Shown in pieces: positions 8,001 through 14,409 of a stretch of DNA of 29,420 nt (positions within the stretch are counted from its first letter, which is position 1; every line of letters begins with the position of its first letter). The DNA is from a virus (Duplodnaviria > Caudoviricetes): the IMG/VR virus record IMGVR_UViG_3300037755_000739, positions 1 to 29,420 of that record; one strand, 5' to 3'. The notes under the pieces were generated by a model that did no database searches, was not told the DNA's origin, and saw only the letters and a list, made by a program, of their open reading frames with translations. The position numbers and the translations under genes are program-made.

Positions 8001-10694
8001 GAACGCCACCCAGACCTCGCCATCCTGCTTGCCGACGTGGAAGATGCCGTCGTAGCCGCGGGCCTTGAGGATCTCGTTGGCCCGCCGCTTGCTGCCGGCG
8101 GCCCGCACCAGCTGCTCATAGACCCGGTGGCCGCGCATCGACGATTTCGACCACTTCACCTGCTTACCGAAGTCCCTGTAGACCGCGTCGATGTCGGTGG
8201 ACACCTCTCCCGCCGCGCCCATGACGCGCTTCAAATCGGCGAAGATCTCATCGAATTCCTTGCGGGCGATGTGCCCTGGCAGGCGAAAGGGCTTCTTGAT
8301 CGAGGCAAACACCGGGTAGACGGCGCCGGGCAGTTCTTGCCCGTCCTTGATCGTTGCTGAGTCGCCGGCGACGCCCGGATCGGCGGCCAGGTAGAATGCG
8401 GGCTCACCGGCGTCATTGAACAGGCCGGGCTTGGCCATCTTCGGATCGAATGACTGGATGTCGCCGGCCGGCGTCCCGTGGAACAGCACCTTCGGCTCGC
8501 CCTGCCGGGCGACATAGACCTCGTTCGTTGCCGCCCGCTTGATCCTTTTGACCGCCTCGCGCTCCAGGGCCTCGAACCCGCCGGCATTGGCCTGGTGCCA
8601 TTGCTTCCAGCCGGCGGTCGCCGGGTCATCATCGACGATGCGGCCGAACTCCTCGCGCGCCGGTCGCGCCGGGTGGTGGGCCATGTGATGGATGCGATCC
8701 CTGACCGCCTGGATCATGAACGGCTGCCACTCATCCCCCGGTATCATCCGCTCCGCGGCCCGCGTCGCCTTCGCCTTGTCCATCTGCCCACCCGACTCGA
8801 ACATCGAAGCGATCGCCTCGCGGTCCTCCGGGTCCACCTGCGAAAAGTCCCAGACCGTCGTTCGCAAGCCGCGCGGATCGACTTCACCCTTGCGGCCGCC
8901 GACCACCTGCGAGCCGCTGAACCATTCTCGGAAGTCCGACCGCACCGACGGCGCCCGCGGCAGCAGCTCAGCCACCGGCCTGGCCGTCGTCCGCGGACCG
9001 GCGTCATCGCCCAGCCGCTCGAAGACCTTCCGCATCACCGCGTCGGTGGATTCCATGACGGTGTCGACCGCATGGCCCGCATCGTCGAGATAGGTCATCA
9101 GTTGGGCCCGCAGCGACTCTACCGCGTCCCGGACCTCGAACGGATCTCCGCCCTCGATCGCCTTGTTGATGACGCCCAGGTTCTCGATGGCGGCCACCGA
9201 TACCGCCCCCGCCGTGTCCGGCGTCAGGCCGCTTTGCTTCGCCCCGTCGGCGACCGCCTGCTGTAGATCGCGCAGGACGCCCGCCTGATCGCGCCGCACC
9301 CGCCCCTTCGCCTGCTCCAAGTGTTTCAGGGCCAGGGCCATCAGCGGCGTCTTCGGACCGATTCCGATCTTCGCCGCCTGCTCGCGGATGCTCGCCCCCG
9401 CCCTGCTTAATCCCCCCATCACCTGCTGGGCCGACTGGCTGGCCTTGATGGCCGCGTCGGCCTTGTCGATGGCCGCGCCGATGATCGGCATGGTCCTGAA
9501 TTCGCGAAATGCCCTGGCGTTCGGCAGTGCTTTGAACGGCGTCCCCAGCCAATCGCTGGCCATGCCCGCCAGGTCCAGGGGCACGTCGGCCACCCGGGCC
9601 AACAACTCGATCGGCTTGGCGACCGCAGTGGCCAGGGGCCGGCCGAACCTCGGGATCTTTTCCAGGGTCTTGCCCAGCACTTGGCCGCCGATCTGCCCCG
9701 CCGTGGTTGCCGCCTTGCCGGCGATCAGGGCAGGCCCCAGGACAAGGTGCCCTAGGGGCAGCGTCTTCATCGCGTGGGTTTCGAGGCCCAGACCCCAGCG
9801 TCCCCCATAGCTCGGCAGCCCCTCGGCCGCCAGGTCGACGGCTCGACCGCGGGCGAAGTCTACGAACCCCCGTGCGGTCTCCGGCAATTCCTGCACGGTC
9901 CGCTGGGCCAGCTCGGCTGGCTGCTCGATGGCCCGCGTCCGCAGCAGCAGATCGTCGAGGGCCTCCGGCCTCACGTGCCGGCCGGCCACGGTCAGCCCCT
10001 TGCCGAACTGCCTGGCGCGGGCGATCTCCGGGGCGAGCTGCGCCGCCGACTTGGCGCCGGTCTTGAAGGTCGCCCGGCCGACGCCGGCCAGCCCGGTTGC
10101 CCAGGCCAGCGGGTCGGTCACCACGTCCAGCAGCAGTCCAGAAAGGAAGTGCCCCACCTTGCCGATGGTCGATTCCGGCTCCCAGCCCATCGCCCGGATC
10201 ACGTCCGAGCCGTAGATCTTGCGCAGTCCGGCAAACTCCTCCTTCGACGAAGGTTGCACACCGAAAAGCTTGTGAAAGACCAGGTTCGCCGCCAGATTGC
10301 GCGGCAGGTCGAGCGTTTCCAGGGCCGTCTGCCACCAGGTGCGAGGGTCGGCGCTGATGTCCTCCGGCGGCGAGTTGCGTATGTACTCGGCCAGCTCGTT
10401 CTCAATGGCCTCCGGCCCGGCATCCACCAGCGACCGAAACCGTGGATGCTCACCGCGGCGCTCGGCGCCGGCCACCGGTGAAGGTTGCGTTTCGTAACCT
10501 CTTGCTGCGACAGAGCCTGCCGGCGGCTGAAAATACGAATTGGAATAATCCGCCGGCGGTTGGGTGACGCTCGGGAACTCGTCCAGGGTGGGCAGGCTTG
10601 GCAGCTCGAACGACAGCGGCGCGGGCCGCCGCCGACGCGGCTCCAGATAGAATCCGCCGCCGGTCAGCGCAGGCAGGCCACCCATCATCGTCAT
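2094..10694 (-). CDS. Giant polyvalent internal virion (ejection) protein, 2866 aa: ART-PolyVal-like, HsdS-like, HExxH peptidase, PRTase and LPD38-like domains
   Basis: Motifs FREWFSGSQVV..GEPKVLFHGT..FYLA..VYPVFASIKKP..GYDG..VAFDAKQIKSA; LKDGDVIISRIGG..GTAEQAVRLSELRQL..QRRLAE; LHEIGH..REGFAQ; ILVPVP..VILVDDAMDSGATL; RRIFPFWGW..LNPFLKGVIE..NRDFYWDKPI; positioned last among the ejection genes. Confidence 0.88.
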   Translation of the reverse strand: MTMMGGLPALTGGGFYLEPRRRRPAPLSFELPSLPTLDEFPSVTQPPADYSNSYFQPPAGSVAARGYETQPSPVAGAERRGEHPRFRSLVDAGPEAIENELAEYIRNSPPEDISADPRTWWQTALETLDLPRNLAANLVFHKLFGVQPSSKEEFAGLRKIYGSDVIRAMGWEPESTIGKVGHFLSGLLLDVVTDPLAWATGLAGVGRATFKTGAKSAAQLAPEIARARQFGKGLTVAGRHVRPEALDDLLLRTRAIEQPAELAQRTVQELPETARGFVDFARGRAVDLAAEGLPSYGGRWGLGLETHAMKTLPLGHLVLGPALIAGKAATTAGQIGGQVLGKTLEKIPRFGRPLATAVAKPIELLARVADVPLDLAGMASDWLGTPFKALPNARAFREFRTMPIIGAAIDKADAAIKASQSAQQVMGGLSRAGASIREQAAKIGIGPKTPLMALALKHLEQAKGRVRRDQAGVLRDLQQAVADGAKQSGLTPDTAGAVSVAAIENLGVINKAIEGGDPFEVRDAVESLRAQLMTYLDDAGHAVDTVMESTDAVMRKVFERLGDDAGPRTTARPVAELLPRAPSVRSDFREWFSGSQVVGGRKGEVDPRGLRTTVWDFSQVDPEDREAIASMFESGGQMDKAKATRAAERMIPGDEWQPFMIQAVRDRIHHMAHHPARPAREEFGRIVDDDPATAGWKQWHQANAGGFEALEREAVKRIKRAATNEVYVARQGEPKVLFHGTPAGDIQSFDPKMAKPGLFNDAGEPAFYLAADPGVAGDSATIKDGQELPGAVYPVFASIKKPFRLPGHIARKEFDEIFADLKRVMGAAGEVSTDIDAVYRDFGKQVKWSKSSMRGHRVYEQLVRAAGSKRRANEILKARGYDGIFHVGKQDGEVWVAFDAKQIKSAWSARFEADSPELIAVRSQLPPDPVPGLFDQPLYEGQAAELLPRKGPEGTVAQASSTPAIGRLRDFFETWTDESAARGAGAEPRRPLKDGDVIISRIGGWVQRYRSGDALPRNFLVVRIRPEMTGRYDPGFVEASLRASLARRGTAEQAVRLSELRQLPVTGQFDPMSQRRLAETARQADEALRAAERMRLRGERLRRQALRDVPELMPRPPKMINKATGLKAASSRILKMHDELADVLTIDATALEGGFDSVTNLGSLLLPGYKFRSRAELDVFTREFSEQEIRSFKAKGLLGVMKKGEKGVPAEDIVAKLTHVAGRRDPYELMAAAMREHAGLASPAKIEAVLEFARKNPEMVGMQGAYDVALYEAALDGERVGHLMTKGAAPQEIDFEELVVGAEMEIAGRVHIVESVDEQYGALLRPLADGRDVDVRPGLPILIDSGTMRAPAEASATAAARAAEASYRSQEHARVAKAVRDAGIPEPEAQLFDMAIEDLHEDHLARIDVQAAQKQFAGSYRMLGNKAEIILGRGLAHATEPLHEIGHFAYDYVFNDAERKTFSDWWAGMKIEDRVRIFERHLGDRDLAEYVAGGALTPQQADALKLSSEQLARHEASPQREGFAQYFAHYAITRKAGDPRMTKMFERAMDWLRQLWSRLRFGGPEKDDRILRLIEQIFDPTARPRDIPEKALDLELQGITAQRPDFKQHYQAGKNGHAQQAKLWASKAIGPAAGEKLRDLAGDRPIILVPVPSATKENHTAAAMAERLALVVGRRRAEVRPVLASHIKMERVPAGILRKAAHRREFTAGWKWPDIPDDALVILVDDAMDSGATLRDAAVALANAGIRGPAAVVGAVVNPRRSPVIRWDSEWSDRAALTRRIQPLKGASESVADHERRVFETRERLANAMRHNLEDLTEQEAGEIVERLNRGSDVDDIVALMDQARSADPPAELGDLIRRTLTPLDDVPRGNDRFVQALQDAMAAGELPGDELSRTQVVAWLKGKDAAERGRLVGYGKIGGRRQGQVAAEIDKALLRLGHGIRGGKWERILDRLEGVDEGRPVGGLMYKLADMIARDSAGHEVLTEFGSDILTAMRATIEAGGTPEVIARLRDEAVRLKAEWERARRYGQPFPADKADRLKLKQRVLKRLGRGFEDDQAFIDAMRVREATEGRAEAAGGAGGVGPPAAVIAGAGGRLPKRLNPEDLFAAPIADMVRRMVALEQQTLAAERAAGLKTADITATTQRGIGYVPHYIGDGRTILGKSIRRRSMAWENAWRELEGVEKRSMSNEAYRRTAYQRMLEAIDRENAARSRRGEDAIPIPEPGEGMAQAIAEILDDPRFRDMADPHRSMLRRLFLRESTIAEINGLYEQTGVAFMTDPVRLWVDRRYAQHMAVGGADFLREAVQQGLREGWAVKVKDFGSLPDGFARISDSRFGNIAKGYAFSEDVAREFRRFTNQMDRPHALLKALDFATSMWRTMVLGVFPYTTTNLLSGVFQANQFDAFKYDTWAATRKLMEDYHLGRNLDRKVGNYVKGLPADVRDLNLEELWELLSIEHGELGRGLYGIEMEQGVQRGFRTEWGFSDAARSTWDPRRPIGENVAHAMLGIHRDPGKVRGVIPGWRFNLGESAYFKGFRAINVAVEDWMALSFMLERLRRGDDLAMAISKKRLALNQSADMTDFDKKTFRRIFPFWGWMKGNAILQFKMAMARPEITALIPRIRGNIESAFAGEDTLPPSLRPRHVAEELGTQLSTGERPDFLNLTRLFPVKELGTTPLAGVKGPGATAEAAVQGLNPFLKGVIEGALNRDFYWDKPIVEYEGQQKEWLGVAMSPHAKRLARMVRPLNLLEQVGWRGVPTSVPEASASAGQFLGLRLFPVDVARQSYEQQRQINDRLGAVMRDFSRARREAERGGRDWRTDPDVQRLSETYRTLRQQRDALPLPVFRERSAEGRRQSRQQRAELRDYALAG

Positions 10695-10730
10695 GGTCCG
10701 AGAATCCTACCGCTTCGGCGGCGGGTTGTC

Positions 10731-10763
10731 CTTCAGTGGGTACTGAATCACTTGGCTCACCAT
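10731..10763. repeat. TSD CTTCAGTG (10731-10738) plus TIR GGTACTGAATCACTTGGCTCACCAT (10739-10763)
   Basis: Reverse complement matches 12027-12051 with 3 mismatches. Confidence 0.95.
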
Positions 10764-10796
10764 GAAGTTGAAATCTGAAATGTCGAATCGAACCAC

Positions 10797-10925
10797 TCAT
10801 TTTTTCTTCCGCCGCTTTCGCGCGTGCCTTTCGACAGCGATCTTCTTATCGACTTCGGTCTTGGGGACCGATGCGACCTTGCGGGCCAGTGCGTCGAACG
10901 CGCCGAATCCTTTGGGCTTTTTCAC
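10797..10925 (-). CDS. Small basic protein (42 aa) downstream of the IS transposase
   Basis: GAAAGGA RBS, GTG start, MKKPKGFGAFDALARKVASVPKTEVDKKIAVERHARKRRKKK*; absent from the ORF track because of its size. Confidence 0.7.
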   Translation of the reverse strand: MKKPKGFGAFDALARKVASVPKTEVDKKIAVERHARKRRKKK

Positions 10926-10946
10926 GCGAGTCCTTTCAAGTGAGTG

Positions 10947-11447
10947 TCATAAATCCGGCATCGTCGATGCCCGCCAACAAATGATCCGCTCGCGACGGCG
11001 CGTGTGCATGTTGGCCGCGCGTCCGCCTACGTAGGTGGTGTCAGCTTCGGCCGGGCCGTCGAACTTATCGCCCGCCTCAATCTCCATTGCCTTTCGGATT
11101 CGATGCAGCATGAACCACGCGGATCGCTGTTCGACGCCGAGCGTTCGTGCCAGTTCGTGGCTGCTCACGCCGTTTTTGCAATTGGCAATAGCCCACACGG
11201 CGACGAACCACTTATCGAGGCTGAGTGGGCTATGCTCGAAAATCGTGCCGACCTTGTGCGAGAACTGTTTGCGGCAGTCTTTACACCGCAACAGGCGACG
11301 GGTCGCAATCTCGCCGATCCGCTCGCCATTGCAGGCCGGGCAGACGGGCGAGCCGCCCGCCCAGCGGATGTCCCGCATGTAGTCCTCGCAGACCGTGATA
11401 TCAGCGAAGTAGCGAGCGGCTTCGAGCAGCGTTTTCGGGGTATCCAT
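10947..11447 (-). pseudogene. IS1595-family transposase, truncated by internal deletion
   Basis: Zn ribbon CPAC..CKDCRKQFSHKVGTIFE, HTH (GVSSHELARTLGVEQRSAWFMLHRIR) and first catalytic motif EADTTYVGG are present; rest of the DDE domain is absent. Confidence 0.9.
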
Positions 11448-11462
11448 AATTCGCTTACCAGG

Positions 11463-11513
11463 ACCACCCCGCCGGGGGCTTGGAGCATCCACGATGGCAC
11501 CCGGCGAGGCGGT
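11463..11513 (-). promoter_or_regulatory. RNA stem-loop in the transposase leader
   Basis: Minus-strand ACCGCCUCGCCGGG pairs with CCCGGCGGGGUGGU (14 bp, both DNA mismatches are G-U pairs); ends 15 nt before the ATG. Confidence 0.6.
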
Positions 11514-11519
11514 GAAAAA

Positions 11520-11915
11520 TCATTCGTCACTGTCATCATTTTCGGATTCAATCCATCCAGCACACGCCGCCTCGGTTTCGACCGCGCCTGTCCCCCGGTT
11601 GTGTCGGCTCCCATTTTTTCCAGCGATGTAGTCGATGGCCTCTTGGGGAGTCTCAAGAATAGTCAGGCAGTTCAGGTCGTGTTGGAGATCGGAAACGGCG
11701 TCATCAAAACTCGGCTTCGGCCACGGCTTTTCCGGTGTGTCTTCGCCGTAAGTCTCGGTCATGTAGTGCTCGAAATTTGCGAAGACTTGCCGATCGTATT
11801 CGCCGTTGATCCACGAGCCAACGACCGCCTCCCTGGAGGAAAAATAATCGGCCCAAGCCGGTCGCTGGTGGGGCCTAAAAACCAAGATCAAACCAGTTTT
11901 TGTTGCATTCTCCAT
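11520..11915 (-). CDS. IS passenger gene, acidic hypothetical protein (131 aa)
   Basis: AAGGTGA RBS before ATG 11915 (alternative GTG 11924); lies inside the TIRs, downstream of a sigma70-like promoter. Confidence 0.8.
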   Translation of the reverse strand: MENATKTGLILVFRPHQRPAWADYFSSREAVVGSWINGEYDRQVFANFEHYMTETYGEDTPEKPWPKPSFDDAVSDLQHDLNCLTILETPQEAIDYIAGKNGSRHNRGTGAVETEAACAGWIESENDDSDE

Positions 11916-11965
11916 TTTTTTCACCTTTGGTCCTGCGACTGTTATCCGTCGCTCGATCTATGTAT

Positions 11966-11994
11966 ATACTACACCATGTTCGGCCGAAAAGCAA
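11966..11994 (-). promoter_or_regulatory. Sigma70-like promoter inside the IS end
   Basis: TTGCTT-17 bp-TAGTAT on the minus strand in an AT-rich patch. Confidence 0.6.
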
Positions 11995-12026
11995 GCGAAA
12001 AATCGTCGATTTTAACCCTATGTGCG

Positions 12027-12059
12027 ATGGTGAGTTAGGTGATTCAGTACCCTTCAGTG
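12027..12059. repeat. TIR ATGGTGAGTTAGGTGATTCAGTACC (12027-12051) plus TSD CTTCAGTG (12052-12059)
   Basis: Inverted match to 10739-10763; identical 8-mer outside both TIRs. Confidence 0.95.
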
Positions 12060-12259
12060 ACTGCCTGATGATCTCCAGCTCGCGCTGCGTCGCGGGCCTC
12101 GCTGGCTCGGGCCACCGCCATACGCCGCTTCCGCCGCAGGTGAGGCACTGCGGATTGGTCGGTCCAGGCCAGCACCGTGGGCACGGGCCGTCATGCGATG
12201 GCGGCTTGCTCATTGTTACGCGCGCGCGTAGGGCACAACACATATGCCACTGGCGACCG

Positions 12260-12288
12260 TTGAATCACTCGCCGCCGGCCGTTCTAAT
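12260..12288 (+). promoter_or_regulatory. Possible sigma70-like promoter for the plus-strand membrane gene
   Basis: TTGAAT-17 bp-TCTAAT followed by AGGA RBS and ATG 12306; the -10 lacks the conserved second-position A. Confidence 0.35.
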
Positions 12289-12305
12289 AGCTGTAGGATC
12301 ACGCC

Positions 12306-12566
12306 ATGATTCCCACCATGAACTACGGCAGCCGCGCGCCGCGGCCCAGCGACACGCCCCTTCGGCGGTTCCTGCGACTCATCTGGTTTCTCGGCAGCGC
12401 CGTCTGCTTCATAGGCGTGAGCTGGCTCTCGATCGAAATCGCCGTCCACGGCCCACGCGGTGGCGCACGAGACGAAATTAACGCGCTAATCATTGCCCTT
12501 TGTGGCGGCGGACTTTTGGCCCTCTGGGCCATCATCCGCTGGATCGCGCACGGCAATCGCCCCTAG
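12306..12566 (+). CDS. Two-TM membrane protein (moron-like)
   Basis: Two hydrophobic segments (LIWFLGSAVCFIGVSWLSI; ALIIALCGGGLLALWAII); fills an otherwise empty gap; convergent stop shares CTAG with the neighbouring gene. Confidence 0.7.
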   Translation: MIPTMNYGSRAPRPSDTPLRRFLRLIWFLGSAVCFIGVSWLSIEIAVHGPRGGARDEINALIIALCGGGLLALWAIIRWIAHGNRP

Positions 12567-13561
12567 TCGCTCTTCCGATATGCCTTGACCACGTCCTCCG
12601 GCGTCAGTCGGTGCTGGCGGAACCGTGGATGGGCCTCCATCAGCGCCTTCGCCCGCTGCAGCGCCTCATCGGCTTGCTTGCTATAGGTGCCCAATTGGAA
12701 AACCCCGGATGGCTCCTGCCATGGCTCTTCATTGCCCCCCAAAGCTTGTGACACATAGCCAGGGCGGCTTTCATCCAGCATCCGCGCCGCCTCTTCCAGC
12801 AGCGGTTGCCGCTGCCTGTCGCGCCAGGCCAGGTAGCCGGGGATCTTCTCCAGATCGGCCTGGGTCCTGGCCGACCGGACCAGCTCCGCATCCTCCGGGC
12901 TCGCCAGCCCATCGGCGAACATACGATCGATCAGGTCCTCTCTCGTCTGACGGGAGACCTCCGGCGGCTCGACGCCCAGAATCTGCTCCGCCCAAAACGG
13001 GTCCTGCGACAACAGCACCGACTCGGCCGCCTCGCGCCGCTTGGCATCCGCTTCCTGCTCCGGCGTGCGGATGTTCTCCATCTGTCGGCGGGCCAATTCC
13101 TGCTGGATGCGCGCGGCCTCGGCCTGAGCCGCCTGTCGCTCCAGCTCCGCCTCGCGCGTCGGCCCCGCCCGCTCGTGTTCGCGCTCCGCGGCTTCTCTGG
13201 CGAACCGCTGCTGCGAACCCTGCAGAGCCATGGCCCGGTCGTAGTCCGCCCGCTGGATGTCAGCGCGCGACTGCTGTTCGCGCTCCGCGGCTTCTCTGGC
13301 GAACCGCTGCTGCGAACCCTGCAGAGCCATGGCCCGGTCGTAGTCCGCCCGCTGGATGTCAGCGCGCGACTGCTCCGTCGCCCGACCCTGCCGCCGCTGG
13401 GCGATCATGTTCATCACCCGGGCCATCAATGGATCCTCGGCCCCGGGCCCGCCGCGATTGGCCAGCAGCGCCGCGGCCGCCTGCCCGCCTTCCGGGCCCT
13501 GCCGACGTCGACGCGCCAGTTGCGCCGCGAAGACCAGATTGGCATGTTCGTTGGGGTCCAC
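12563..13561 (-). CDS. Putative ejection/internal virion protein (coiled-coil, A/E/Q/R-rich)
   Basis: GTG start overlapping the upstream TAG; composition and position; internal 33-aa duplication. Confidence 0.75.
   Translation of the reverse strand: MDPNEHANLVFAAQLARRRRQGPEGGQAAAALLANRGGPGAEDPLMARVMNMIAQRRQGRATEQSRADIQRADYDRAMALQGSQQRFAREAAEREQQSRADIQRADYDRAMALQGSQQRFAREAAEREHERAGPTREAELERQAAQAEAARIQQELARRQMENIRTPEQEADAKRREAAESVLLSQDPFWAEQILGVEPPEVSRQTREDLIDRMFADGLASPEDAELVRSARTQADLEKIPGYLAWRDRQRQPLLEEAARMLDESRPGYVSQALGGNEEPWQEPSGVFQLGTYSKQADEALQRAKALMEAHPRFRQHRLTPEDVVKAYRKSD
13176..13373. repeat. Perfect 99-bp tandem duplication (2 copies, in frame)
   Basis: 13176-13274 is identical to 13275-13373; encodes QSRADIQRADYDRAMALQGSQQRFAREAAERE twice. 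Confidence 0.95.
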
Positions 13562-14409
13562 TATCGATTAGCCCGCTTGAATTCCTCGGCCTCGGCCAGC
13601 AGCCGCTCGGCGCTGGCCCGCAGCTTCTGTGCCTTGCGGGCGTCGGGTTCCTGTTCCGCGCGGTTCATCCGCTGTTTCGCCAGACGCTCGCGATTGCGGT
13701 TGATCGCCGCCTCGCGTGTCGCCGGCGCCCCGGCCTGCCGCCGGATGTGCCGGGCCTCAGGCCGTCCCATCGTCGCGGCCATGATCGCGAAATCCCGCTC
13801 GCTTAGGCGCCCCGATCCGCTGGAGATCTTCCGCGCGTAGTCCAGCAGCTCGGCGTCGCTCATCGACTCCGGGCTCTTCGATTCGGCCTCGTAGTTTTTC
13901 AGGGCCTCGTCGAGCTCGCCGCCCCGCTGTGCCGCGTCGTTGTAGTCGCTCGTCGGATCCTCCACCCGCCCGGAAAGTTGGCTCTCGCTGCCCAGCAGCT
14001 TCGACAGCGGAGACGCCTTCGGCTGCTCAGGCGTCGCGTTGGCGCCGCCGGGGCTCATCCCCAAATTGGCCAGGGCTTGGCGAAACAGATCCGCCTTGTT
14101 GACCCCGCCGGCGACGGTGCTGGACCGTAGCAGATTCATCACGCCGTTCATCGGCTTGTCTCCATTGATGGTATCCATCCCGGATACGAAGCGATTGGGG
14201 TGGTCTGGCTCCTTGAATTGACTGGCGAAGTGCCCCTGGTCGTCCACCCCGAGTTTACCAGCCCGCCACGCTTCCCGGTATTTGTAGTGGTGCCGAGGAT
14301 CATCCGGGTCCCGGTTGAGTGGCTGGCCCATGGCCCGGCGCTGCTCGACAATGCGCGCGAAATCGTCGCGAAATTTCCTTTCTTCGGTTTCAGACCATCC
14401 CGCCGGCAC
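13561..14409 (-). CDS. Putative internal virion protein with compact N-terminal domain
   Basis: Abuts the upstream stop; N-terminal about 85 aa rich in D/H/Y/W, C-terminal helical region. Confidence 0.75.
   Translation of the reverse strand: MPAGWSETEERKFRDDFARIVEQRRAMGQPLNRDPDDPRHHYKYREAWRAGKLGVDDQGHFASQFKEPDHPNRFVSGMDTINGDKPMNGVMNLLRSSTVAGGVNKADLFRQALANLGMSPGGANATPEQPKASPLSKLLGSESQLSGRVEDPTSDYNDAAQRGGELDEALKNYEAESKSPESMSDAELLDYARKISSGSGRLSERDFAIMAATMGRPEARHIRRQAGAPATREAAINRNRERLAKQRMNRAEQEPDARKAQKLRASAERLLAEAEEFKRANR

Larger units (their letters stand above)
10739..12051 (-). mobile_element. IS1595-family element (1313 bp), internally deleted, with passenger genes
   Basis: 25-bp TIRs (22/25 identical), 8-bp flanking direct repeat CTTCAGTG at 10731-10738 and 12052-12059, IS1595 transposase N-terminus, visibly lower GC than the flanks. 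Confidence 0.93.
10707..12213 (-). pseudogene. Small Zn-finger gene interrupted by the IS1595 element (5' part 12213-12052, 3' part 10730-10707)
   Basis: Removing the IS and one TSD gives a 61-aa ORF MSKPPSHDGPCPRCWPGPTNPQCLTCGGSGVWRWPEPARPATQRELEIIRQSLK|DNPPPKR* ending 12 nt before the giant gene ATG. Confidence 0.75.

Noticed and set aside
8510-8895. Possible intein in the ART-like domain
   Set aside because: No Cys/Ser N-terminal residue with His-Asn C-terminus and no LAGLIDADG motif
2094-10694. Tape measure protein or virion RNA polymerase call for the giant ORF
   Set aside because: No tail tube genes, no TMP repeats, no RNAP catalytic motif recognised; polyvalent-domain motifs fit better
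10450-10800. 116-aa ORF starting inside the IS end
   Set aside because: Crosses the TIR and overlaps the giant gene out of frame; likely incidental
11004-12038. 344-aa plus-strand ORF in the IS
   Set aside because: Antisense to the transposase remnant and passenger gene, which have motifs, RBS and promoter
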